From positions 1,116,001 through 1,180,000 of the forward strand of contig NEEC01000015.1 in NCBI GenBank assembly GCA_002189035.1: 64,000 nt of DNA, in the 5' to 3' direction. Below the pieces are notes generated by a model, which ran no database searches, was not told the origin of the DNA, and saw only the letters and a program-made list of their open reading frames with translations. Position numbers and translations under genes: made by a program. Shown here piece by piece: positions 51,233-62,849 of this stretch (the stretch's first letter is position 1; every line of letters begins with the position of its first letter). The stretch is from Utricularia gibba. Taxonomy: Eukaryota > Plantae > Magnoliophyta.

Positions 51233-53283
51233 TTAGAGGCAACCCGGATAGTCTCTCGGCGGCGGCATCATTTTCTGATCCGGCATATCGCCGTCCTTTG
51301 TAATGAACACTGTTTCCATCCCCCAAGTGACGTGCCTCTCCAGATGGCAATGCATCAGCCACACCCCTGTACGAAACATACGCCGTTTCGGGGGTGCGTT
51401 GGGTTAAAACAGAGTTGCTGTTTGTTACCTGGATTTGTTGCCCGGAACCTGATCGCCGTCCAACCCCGCACCGGAACGGCGATCGTGTTCTGATGAGGAG
51501 GATCCACTAGATTGTATTTGAGAGGATCCGTGGTTGCGTTGAAGTTTCCTAGCCCCCATCCGACGACGTAGAAGCTTTGCCCGTGAAGATGCATGGGGTG
51601 ATCGATGCCGCTGACAGTGTTCGTTCCTTGGAAAACGATCTCAACAGTTGAATTGTACTCCAAAACCACGGCCTTCGTCCCGTTTCTAGACCTCCATAGC
51701 GGGACGGGGACCGGGATCTGCGTGTAGTTGAATCGGAACAACGGATTGGCCGGAAAATCGTCTGTGTACATCCCTTTGATCTGATAGTAATAAGCTTCAA
51801 GAATGGAGATCCTTGGCGATCGAAATGTGATGTTGTTTATACTGGTCAGAAGTCTCTCTTGTAACGGGCCCTCGCAACTATTGTTAACACATGGCTGGAT
51901 ATTGAGAGAGAGTGTGAAAAAAAAATTCCTGGTGATACTTAACGGCACGTTGATGGGATGTTTCCGGTTGGCCAGGCTTCTCAAACGGCCGGTGAAGTTG
52001 GTGGACGCCGCCGTGTCGTTGAAAGCCGGGAGAGATGGAACCGGGGAGATTGTCGCCGGAGTATAGTTCCGGTACTCGAGGACGGCCGTAGTGGTCGTGT
52101 TATCGAACGATGCAGCGGAGGCATAGGCTCTGGCAGCCATGTAGTATCGATGCGGAGGCTGGTTGGCTGTGAGCAAAAAATCGATAGTTTGCCCCGGCGA
52201 GATCACGATGTATTCGGCGGCGAACGGCTTCAGGTAGGCTCCGTCGGATCCAACTACGACGACGGTATGATTGGCGATCTTGAAGAACATTATGTTGTTC
52301 ATCACGGCGTTCACCATTCGTATCAAGTATGTTTTCCCGTGTGACACCCGCAACTTGAACACATCTGTCGGACATTATTGCAAGCAAATGTGTCCGAAAT
52401 CAGGCAAAACGATACTGCACATGCCCATGCAAGGGAATGGGAGGAGACGACGGACCTTGAGCAGAGCAAGGGTATAGAACACCCGGTTGGCCATTGATCA
52501 GAAAAGCATCGGAAACGTTGGGTTCGCCGCCGGTTCGTTCGAATTCGTCGACAACGGCTTGGATATCGTTCTTCCACCACTCGCCTTCATGACCCACAAC
52601 AAGAGATAGCATCATAAAGACTTTAGGAATGTGAATTTGCAAGGATATAGGTACCGAGAATCAGGGGAATTTGTCTGTGAGGCCGCCGGAAGGGGTACCC
52701 AGATCCAATGGACGGGAAGACGATAAGCGGGCCGTGTACGGTTGCCCTGGACCAATCACTATGTGCGTGCCACCAGAGCGTTCCAATCTCATCCGTCAAA
52801 ACAAGCCGCTGCCTGAACCTCCCCTCCGGCCGAATGGGGCACTGCGTGATGTACTCCGGTCCGTCGGACCACGGATACCGGTGCTGCTTAACTCCGTGCC
52901 TTGAAAAGAAACAGCGTACGAGGTCAGTGGATCCAGGATTCCAATTTCCAAAACGCTGCTACATACCAATGGATGGTTATGTTGTGTTTGGCTCGGTTCA
53001 CAACATCGACGACAATGGTGTCCCCCTGGGCCACGAACACCGGCGGCCCTGGAAACTTCCCGTTTACAGTTAATATGGTTTTGTTGCTGCACAGGCGCCG
53101 GTACTGAGTTTCCATGATCTGCCATTGAAAGAAACACGCAACACCCATGTCGATATATCTTAAGTAAAACAAAGAAGGGAGCTTCCTTCTGCTCACCACG
53201 AAGGTATGGTGATGAAGAGAGGCAAAGCAGAGACTGAGGTGCCCCAAGATCAGGGACGACACCAGGACCAGCACTGTGTTCAT
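51233..53283 (-). CDS. LAC: Laccase (LAC14/LAC15-like multicopper oxidase), 6 exons
   Basis: Signal peptide and all four Cu-binding motifs: IHW|[26 protein letters not shown]. Ends [10 protein letters not shown]. Confidence 0.95.
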
Positions 53284-54742
53284 TCTGAGAGATGGAGAGA
53301 GTTCTTTTCTTTTTTTTTTAGTTCACGCAAGAACGTGCGTCTACTTATAGACTTCAAAAGGAAGGAGAACGAAGACTTAAAAAAGCGAAATATAAGGAAC
53401 TTTACATCTCCATTATTGACTGTGAGCATCTGAGCGTTCTTCTTCCTCGCGTCACCACCGCTCAAAAATTTAAAAAAAAATTTATGGGTTTAGATTAAAA
53501 TACTTATGACAAATAGATTTTGATATCTTAAATTTATTTTTGATAAACACATATAGAAATTTTTAAATTTATCTAGAATTAATTTAAAATTAAATTATTG
53601 ATTTATTATATTCTGTTAGTTATATTTACATATTTTGAGAAAAACTAATGTTTTTTTAAAAAAAATACAAATTATTAATAATTAAAGACAGATATACCCT
53701 AATTAATGGCTAAATTTTTATTTTGAGTTAATTATGTATATTCTTTTCATTTAATCTCCATTAGTCTTCATTCCAAAATTACAAAAAATATACAACCATT
53801 TGAATAGTTGGGAACTTTTAATCCTAGGGTTAATAATTAATCTTAAGATTATTTGAAATTTTTCATAAAATAAGTAATATAATCTTAAAATTAGTGGACA
53901 AAGAGTAAACACCCCCAATATATATCATTTTATTTTGAAGTTTGATATCAAATTAAGTAGTTACATGAAACAGGGCCACTTTCTCATACTTTCCAAATAA
54001 TAATAAATAAATAAATTGAAAATATTATATTTTCTCTAAATTTAAATTTAGAATTTTGCATTTGTATTTTTATTTTATAAACAATACCTAGGGATATGGT
54101 CGAAGCAAACCTTAGGATAAAAGGCAGGTTCATTTTTCACGGGCCGGATTGGGCTTACGGGCTGAGCAGAACTTCAATTTTTTTTAGTAATTTTAAAAAA
54201 TATTAGAAAAACAAATATATGTAATTTTTAAAATATAAAAATAAAACGAATGATCTCCATTATATTATTTAATTTTAAATTAAAATAAGTATCGATTTTT
54301 GTATAATGATGCAATTATATTTATATATGCCCATGTACTTATAAGTTCAAATATTTTCAGAATAATAAATCTACAAAATGTTTCTTCCTCTCGAACTTTG
54401 AATTTATTAATTTTCAATTTTTAATTTTTAAATTTCTCATTTTCACATGCTTAGATTCACATAATTTGTATATATTTAAAAGAAAAAAGTGATAATTTTT
54501 CGTTACATTTAATGTACACTTAATAAAATATAGTAATATGAAATATAATTTAAATTATGTTGAATTTAATATAATACAATCTTTTGTGATTTTACTGATA
54601 TTATTATAGTATTAATTACCCTAATAACCATTACATAACATTTCACTTCATACTGTTTTTATAAATACGGATGTATTTCATTGTATTATATACAATACAT
54701 AAAAATAAATACGATTTTATTTTCTACTTACTCTTACTCAAT

Positions 54743-55060
54743 ATGAGTGATTATCCCTACAATGAACTTGAGGAGTTCATCGGTGCTGAGAGCACTGCAA
54801 ATTTCACTTCCGATCTACCGGAGCAAACGGACGGCATCATGCCTCGTCGACGAGGCAAAGAGCCGGTCACCAAAGGTGAGCTACCGCCGCCGATTGCGAC
54901 GGCGGGGGCCATGAAAAAGCATTCAACGAAGGATGGAAGATTGGTTATCACAGAACAGAAATCGGACTACCGAAATATGCAGATTTCTCGTGATAACGGA
55001 AGACTTAAGATAAATCTTTTCAAATCCAAGAGTAGTGCCGCAAAGGGAAATTCGAAATGA
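54743..55060 (+). CDS. Small FANTASTIC FOUR (FAF/DUF3049)-like protein, 105 aa
   Basis: GC-richer intronless ORF inside very AT-rich DNA. ELPPPI...TKDGRLVITE...ISRDNGRLKINL matches the FAF pattern (PPP...DGRL...GRL.L). Confidence 0.65.
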   Translation: MSDYPYNELEEFIGAESTANFTSDLPEQTDGIMPRRRGKEPVTKGELPPPIATAGAMKKHSTKDGRLVITEQKSDYRNMQISRDNGRLKINLFKSKSSAAKGNSK

Positions 55061-56214
55061 TGATGATGAGAATTCGACTTGTTTGAACAAAAATCAGGAT
55101 AATGAATATAATGTATGTAAAACGAAATTGATAATAGTTTTGTAATAGTATTTACTTTATAATGTTGGTACAATATTACGAGTTTTTTTCATATATATAT
55201 ATATATATTGAGAGAAATATTTAATTATTTTCTATGTTTCATTTGGTGTAATTGCATATATTAAAGAAACCAAAATCATGTTTCTTCCTAAAATCACACT
55301 ATTACATGGAGTATATTGGTAAAATGCTTAGGGTTAAAATTATATTTACAAAAATAGCCAATTTTTTAGAAAATGATTTATCTACTTTTGTATTTCTTCA
55401 ATATATCAATATAATTGAAGGTATATGAAACCACTAACACTCAATATTTGTAATTAAAATTTTATGATTTAGTGATAATCTCATATAGTAACTAAAACAT
55501 GATATAAAATGATTAAGCCTATGTTTGGAAAAAATATATTAAAATTGATTATAATAGAATGAAAATTGATATATAGTTTTAAAAAATAATCATTATATAA
55601 TTAAAAACATTTTTATTCATGTTTACTTATAATTATATTTTATTAATCTATATATTACAATCACACTTCATAAATCATTATTTTATAAAATATAAAACCA
55701 TATTTATTTTATGAATATAATTGAAATAGATTTATATTAAAATTATCAACATTTTTTATATGCAACTAGAAAATGTTATTTATTATATATATTTTGGAAT
55801 AATAAACATTATATATTATAAAAATAAGTAAAAGAGAAAAAATTCCTTTTATTAAAAAAATATATTGGAATTTCTCTCATTTTTAAAAGCGTGGTTGGCA
55901 GTTTGAATTAGATTGAGACACGTAAGACATTACTTTGACAACAGGGCGTGGCCCATTGCCAGCGTGTACACAATTGTCGCAAGTAGAGACTGCAGTTTGG
56001 AGAGTTGGGCCTGGAGATTGGCCCAGTTTACTCCAGCCTTAAAGATGATTCTGGCCCCGAAATTTACAGGCACCCTTCCCTACAGTTATAGAGCGGTTAC
56101 TTGGAATCCGAGTTGCGATACCTTCTCCAATCCGCCTACGGAGTTTAGTTCAAAAGTTTACAATGATCTAGCGCAGTGTTTTACTTGTTGCCACTGGTTG
56201 TCGATGCTCCCGTG

Positions 56215-59200
56215 ATGACGGCGATAGTGGCGGCTAAGAAGAGCAGCAGCTGTTGTATGTGTGAGGCCTCTAATCTTGCTTCGATATGCCCTCTTTGCAT
56301 CAATTACAGGTGAGATTATGTGTACTGTGTTCGGGAGTTTCAAGGATTCAAATTATGGCATGATGTTGTTCGCGCCATAGTGAGATTGCGCGTGCTGTGT
56401 TCGTGATTTCTTTCTTTTTTTTTTCGTTGCGTTCTGGATTTTCAAGGATAGAAATTATGGCCTGATGTTTTCTCGCTGTTTTAGATTGGGCGAGTACAAC
56501 AATGGCTTGAGGTTACTGAGGAGCAAAAGGGATGCTCTCTATTCGAGATTGACTCAAGTTCTCGTTGCAAAGGCACGTTTCTTGTTTCCCCATTTGGTTT
56601 TAGTATTTTGGATTAATTGCACTGGTTTTTCGTGGTTTGGATCAAATGAAAGAAATGTTCTTCATAGGTATTCTTCTTCAACTATTTCTAAAAGCCTTTT
56701 CATTCCCTTTACCTCTTGAGATTAACTCATTCTTCGATTATTTTGATATCCAAATGCCGAGGCTGCGTTCTATTTCATTTATCTTCAATCATTAAAGTGT
56801 TTGATTCAGTCTTGCATCATCTTAGCTGATTCGTATCTGCCGAAGCTGTCAATTGTTTTTCTTTAATTTTTCTAGGGCAAGGCTGATGATCAACGCAATT
56901 GGAGAATTCTTCAAAATGAGAAATTGACAAAGTTGAGAGATAAGCTTGAACTTTGTAAAGAAAAAGTTTTACAGGGTGAGCTATGCAGCTGTTGCCATTT
57001 TTTCTAATCAATATCCATGTGGGCATGTGTGAGTGAAATTACTCTGAATTTAGTTCTTTTAATTAACACCACGTTCTTGATACAATATCGGAAATAATTT
57101 CTTCAGGAAAGTCAAAGATTCAAAAGACATCTCATGATCTGATGGTCAAGTATGAGTCTCTTGAATCTGCAAAGGAAATGGTACGATCTTTTTTATATAA
57201 ATTTAGATGATTTTTGTATCATACGGATGTTATGTGTAGCCTTTTGTTTTTATTGGAATCTGTGGATTACTTTGTAAATATAAGATCCAGCACTTCTTAA
57301 GCGAGAAAAAGCTTGTCAAACAAGAGTGTAAAACAAGGATATTTTTCTGTATTTCTCCTTCTTCTTGCATCATGAATTTTATCATATTATTTTTAGATAT
57401 CTTCTTGTTCTGCACTTTCAGTTGGAAAAGATTCGGGTGGAGCAGATTGAGAAACATTATCCTAACCTTATCTATACACACAATTTGGGCCACGTAAGAT
57501 TTTCTTATTTGTTCAAGCCTGCATGCTTTTCATTTTCTTTTATGTTGCATATGCGCATGATTGGGATTGACACTCCTGAAATCTAAACGGTAGATGGCAA
57601 TTACATCTGAGCGCCTGCATAAACAGTCCGTTGTTGTAAAGCAGATATGCAAGCTATTTCCTCAGCGACGGGTATTTCCTATTTCCAAAAATGCAAATCT
57701 TCGTTTACTTATATTTCATCAATTAGGGCATTTCCAGGTAACTGTGCATGACAGAACAGTTGATGTGCATGTTCTTTAACCTGTAATTTGTTTAGGTCGA
57801 CCAAATTAAAGTTAAAAAACATGAGAGCAAATCAATTGAGATGGAGATTGGCTTCACTCTGTAGTTAATAATTTTGATGCTACAATAGTGCGTATGTTGT
57901 GAGCGTGCAGATGGCACCTAGTATGACCTTTGAAGTCAATGCTCTCTTCCCCACCTTGTTGATAGTTGTGTTACCGATCAAGCCAGCTCTATGAAATTAG
58001 ATATTCGCCTGTGCTGGTGTTGCAGGTGAAAATAGATGGGGAGAAGAATGGTGATCTTAATGGTCAGTATGACACTGTTTGCAATGCTCGCTTGCCCAGA
58101 GGATTAGATCCCCATTCAGTACCCTCAGATGAGCTTGCTGCTTCCTTGGGGTAAATTTCTATCTTGTTAGCTTATCTTCTTAATTTGGGTAACTTCTTCA
58201 TGATTCATGTTAAGAGCCTTTCACGTGGTCTTGCTGTTGTCTGTCTTCAAAATATGCTCGCCATGTATGATTTCTTTGAAGCTTTGTTTCTTCTCCGCTT
58301 TTCCTGCGATGACATGTGACCAGACAAGTAGTGTGCACTTATGGGGTTAAGTTACTTTGTGGCAGTCGTTGCCAATTCTTTTCACATTCATTTTTTACCA
58401 ACAAATTGCAGCTACATGGTGCAACTTTTGGATCTCGTCATTCCAGCTGTTTGTGCTCCAGCACTTCACTGTTCTGGATTTGCGGTATGTAATTGCACTT
58501 TCAATTAGAATTTTGATGGTTTTGGTATCTACATGCACTTTGAGGAACCATATATCTTTACTGTACTCCTTGACTAGATGTTTTCTATATTAAAGAACAT
58601 TTTCCACAGATGCAATAAAGTTCAGGGTCTTGTTGTTTTATGGAAACATATTTTTTTTCAGAAACCGTAGTTGTATGTTTTCACCATTTACACATTTTCA
58701 GGGTTCTCGTTCTCGGATTTGGCAACGTAACTCATATTGGGATGCCCGTCCATCTTCCAGAAGGTATTTTTTGTATTTATGGGCTCTACTTGATGTGAAT
58801 CTCTCTTCTATTTTTTTTTTCCTAATGAATATGTTATTAACAGTGAATATCCACTCTTTGTTCCTCACCAAAACTCGTGCCCCACCAATGAGGAACCCTC
58901 GTGGTCTGAGAGTAGCTCTAATAATTTCGGGTTTTCTTCCATTGAATCTGAAAGGAAGCCTCGGTTAGAGTCCTCAGGTGGTAGCTTCGATTTTTCATCT
59001 GCCTCCTTGCATTCCATTGAAATACACAAGGATTTGCAAAAAGGCATATCACTTCTCAAGAAGACGGTGGCATGCATTACTACATATTGCTACCACTCAT
59101 TGTCTTTAGAAGTTCCTCAAGAAACCTCCACGTTTGAGACATTTTCCAGGTTGTTGGCTATGCTTTCATCATCCAAGGAAGTTCGAGCTGCTTTGTCTTT

Positions 59201-59796
59201 GAGAATGGCATCATCCAGGTCAGATAATATATTAATTGGGATGTTAGTTATTGTACATGCATAACGACGTATGGTTCTAGACTACAGGATTGTCCAGTGG
59301 TCTTTCTGCTGCTGCTGAGACGACTTATACATTCAAATAAATTCACCCATTCCATTTTTTGTGATGCAGATCATCGAGGCAGGGCCAATTTCTGAATAGG
59401 TCAATATGGAATGTAGAGTCAACCATTGCATCAAGCACATTGATGGAGAGTGCACATGCATTTCCAATAAGGGTATCTTCCTAGTAATCCTTCTGCTTTC
59501 CGTTTAATGCACAGAAATGAGAACAAAAATGTTTCTCTTTCGTGTCACTAGTGAAAGTTCGCGTTCGTATGGCCTTGCTGCAGAACTTAGTGTTTTCTTT
59601 TTTGCAGAGAATTGCTTTCGATAACTATCTTCCGAGCTATCTGCATGCCAGTGAATTGTCAGATTTGGTAAAGAACGAAAACCTGATTGAGGGTTGGGAT
59701 CTCATCGAACACCCTACTTTTCCTCCTCCACCATCGCAAACTGAAGATGTGGAGCATTGGACTCGTGCCATGTTCATCGACGCGACAAAGAAATAG
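56215..59796 (+). CDS. ATG14: ATG14 / Beclin-1-associated regulator of the PI3K complex (At4g08540-like)
   Basis: N-terminal Cys pairs (CCMCEASNLASICPLCINYR), coiled coil (GKADDQRNWRILQNEKL), MAITSERLHKQSVVVKQICKLFPQRR, ARLPRGLDPHSVPSDELAASLG, and ends GWDLIEHPTFPPPPSQTEDVEHWTRAMFIDATKK*. Confidence 0.88.
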
Positions 59797-60174
59797 TCAG
59801 GGGACGCTGCACATGGACTTCCTGGAGTACTTAGGTTCCCACAACTCGATCAACATTCATTTAATGTAAATGCTAACACTCATTTCCGAGGTATGCATAG
59901 AAGGGGAAGCTCCTCTATGATACCATAGGAATCTGCGTATACACTTCCTGTTGTTGTAATATTATGTTTCTGTACATAGTCACAGTTAGCACCTCTTGTA
60001 ACTGGATCTGTCAATAGTTTTCTCCAGGTTTCTGAAGATGAAAAGGGAAATGCAACTTTTTGATGGTTGGTTCCATCCCTCAGGCAACAACAGAAAAGAA
60101 AAAAACACCAGCGTTGGAGTGGATAATGGGGTTGCAATGTTCCACATGTAAACTGGAGTGAGCCTCTTCAACCT

Positions 60175-60443
60175 TCACTTCTTTCTCTTTCTAGGAGGCT
60201 GGAGCTCCTCCTCCTCTTCTGGCTCCTCCGCCCTTTATCATTGTCATTGTGCACCATCTTCATCGGCGTAGTCTTCATGGCCATCTTCTTCATTGACCTC
60301 CTCAGCGTTGCCATTGGTATGTATAAGGATTGCTCCCTAAGTCTGTTCCTTCATCCTCTTCATCGCCATCCCGTTCATTCCCAGGGCCATCATCACCTTC
60401 CTCTGCCTCTTATGTCCGTAGTTGCTCGTTCGTCGGAGCCCAT
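60175..60443 (-). pseudogene. Probable decayed acidic nuclear protein gene with a C-terminal NLS
   Basis: Minus-strand Asp/Glu-coding GAR/GAY-rich tract broken across frames: EEGDDGPGNERDGDEEDEG / NGNAEEVNEEDGHEDYADEDGAQ*Q**RAEEPEEEEELQPPRKRKK*. Confidence 0.55.
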
Positions 60444-61434
60444 CGTGGCCGATTTCGCCCCCGCTTGGTGCTGCTGAACGTGAATTATTATCTCACGCAT
60501 AAACTGTAACTGCGTACACATGAATATATTTTTTTTGTGGTTTCTTTGGATTATTGAAAACGATGATGGAGTTAGGTCCAATCAGAATCCAGTTACATAA
60601 TAATGAAAACATTTTTAATATTGAATGAAATGGAGGACATTCGAGACCGTACGAGGATCGCTACGGATACCGTAGCAAACATTTAACCGGATTGCAGGGG
60701 GCCGTGACGCAACGTGGGCGCACTTAAGCAAAGAAAACGGTAAAAACGAAATCAAGACTCCCCAATCTACTACGGTAGAAATTTTATGTTTGTGGTGTTC
60801 AGTTGTTGAAGGGTGATTGCGCATGTTAGCAAGGCGCTGTTGACGGCAACCTCCATCGCCAGTCGCCACGATCTGCGCATAACGGTAACTACTCTTGTCT
60901 TACTGGGTACCTCTCGAAGCCAACAAACCGTTTGCGAATCTCGTCAAATTAAAAGTTTGATGGAAACATGAAACACTGCTTCTGCGTTCGAATTTCAATG
61001 TGTGTGTGTGTGCAAAATTGAGAGGAGATTAGTTGTGAAGAGTAAGTAATCCGCGGAGGAAATCAAGTTTCTTTGCAGGGGAGACAGCCTAGTTAAGGAA
61101 AAATAGCAAGAAAAGGCTTCTGGCCTCACTTGTAGTGTACATTCTTGTGAGCAGTGTGTGGGTGTTAAATAACTGAATGAAAACTTGCAGCAGATTGTGT
61201 TGAAACTTGAAGGGGGTAGTAGCTATTGTGGTTGTTGAGGATAGAGTGGAATCAAATGCTTCCCCTTTTCCTTTTAAGCTAAAGAAGAAGCACATCAGAG
61301 TTGACACAAAAAAGTCATCCCCTTTATTGTTTTCTGATGTAACAATATAGTGTCTTGTTGACAAAAAGACTCATCTGTTAAAAAGAATGAAAACCTCAAA
61401 CATAACCGAAAATGGGATATGATATCTGCAGTCT

Positions 61435-62227
61435 TCAACAGGAACTTGTTCTTCTAAGCTGATATCTTGGCCCTTGTTCAATGGAATCCAAAAAGATTAT
61501 CACTTCCTGCAAAGGGATAAGCAAACCAAAAAATGATGGATGGAATGTTTAGAGTTTTGAGGTGGTCACAGGATTCAACTACTTACATTCTTCTTCTTCA
61601 GAAAAGCGTTTGCTTCCCGGAGTTTCATTGCACGTTCCTGCAGTTCATTTGTGTACGCCTACATGTACATAATGCAGCAGTATTCTTCACTGATTCGTAT
61701 GCTCTGTCTGACTCAACCATGATTTTGCAGGGATGGGATATGAAAACGCACCTGTTTCTTGGCTCTGGAGCGGGCGGCAGATTCGCGGTTCTTGATCATT
61801 CTCTTCTGTCTCCGTTCGGTCGTCTTCGCAATGCGTTGCTCGTCGGCCAACTTGGCCCCTTCACTTCGCCCCACGAGATCCGGCGTCAAATGCAGTTGCC
61901 TTTCCAAATACCCAAGATCCACCAACTTTTTCTCCGAATCACATTCAGGGAAACTCCGCCACTGCCCAAGCAAACTCTCATCGTTTCTCCCTGCGAAATA
62001 CGGCTGCGGCTGTGGCGGTTGAGGAATCGACATTGGCACTTGATCCAAAGCTGGCTTACCCCCCTAGTAGCGATCAAATACTCCTGGAACGCAACTTCCG
62101 CCGCGTCGTTCCAGCAAACACCTTGCGTGCATGCCGTCGTTCCGGGATTGAAAAAGTTGACGTCCAACACCGGCGGCGAAGATGAAGAAGACGACGAGGA
62201 TACCGAACCAGGGTTTGGGGCTTGCAT
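61435..62227 (-). CDS. Group A bZIP transcription factor (ABI5-like/EEL/FD clade) carrying a 1-nt frameshift in a G6 run
   Basis: Exons 62227-61752 (476 nt, not a multiple of 3), 61658-61587 and 61506-61435. Basic region ERRQKRMIKNRESAARSRAKKQ|AYTNELQ..., C-terminus PRYQLRRTSSC*. The N-terminal frame (MQAPN...AFQEYL) and the bZIP frame are offset at 62059-62064. Confidence 0.85.
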
Positions 62228-62849
62228 GATACCTACCACTCACCTTCTTCTACACACTCGACAATGGCGACAGTGGCCGCAGTCCCATTCCCAAGTCCCT
62301 CCTGTTTTACCCGTCAGTTAGCCCCCCCAGTCGTGATTAGGTTACTTAATTAAGCTTAGATTAGAGTACTAATCCAGGCCGCTATTGGTCTTCCGGTTAA
62401 TTAATTACATTCATCTTACCGGATCCTCATTTCTCTCCACGCCGATCCTCTTTTCCCTCCACAGTACCCTCCCCCGTTACAACGGAAACGTATTTTTTTA
62501 ATCAATTTTTCAAAAAAATAAAATAAAATCCTTGCGTTGAACCGGATCGAACCGTCTGCGTGGAAGCAAGCCGGGTTTAGATATTGTAGAGAAGCGGGTT
62601 CTTTAAACAGCTTGAAATCAGTGAACCGGTTCGGCGCTGCTCAAACTAGACGTAAAAGAGAGCAGCAGCTAATGATGGATTGCCGTATGACTGAGTAGCC
62701 ATTGTTTGTTGGTGAAGTGTATGCCGATGGATGTTTGTTTCCAGGATATGTGAAAAAGAGATGTGCCTACAGGATGGAGCAGAGGGGCTCGTTTGGGCTT
62801 CGAAATGCGACGAATCCAACTGCGAATTTCGGGACGATGGATGATCAGA

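Noticed and set aside
3712-53283. F3H plus laccase as a flavonoid biosynthetic gene cluster
   Set aside because: They are 46 kb apart with more than ten unrelated genes between them and no other pathway enzymes.
61533-62321. 262-aa plus-strand ORF
   Set aside because: Antisense to the bZIP gene, spans its intron, and has no domain-like content.
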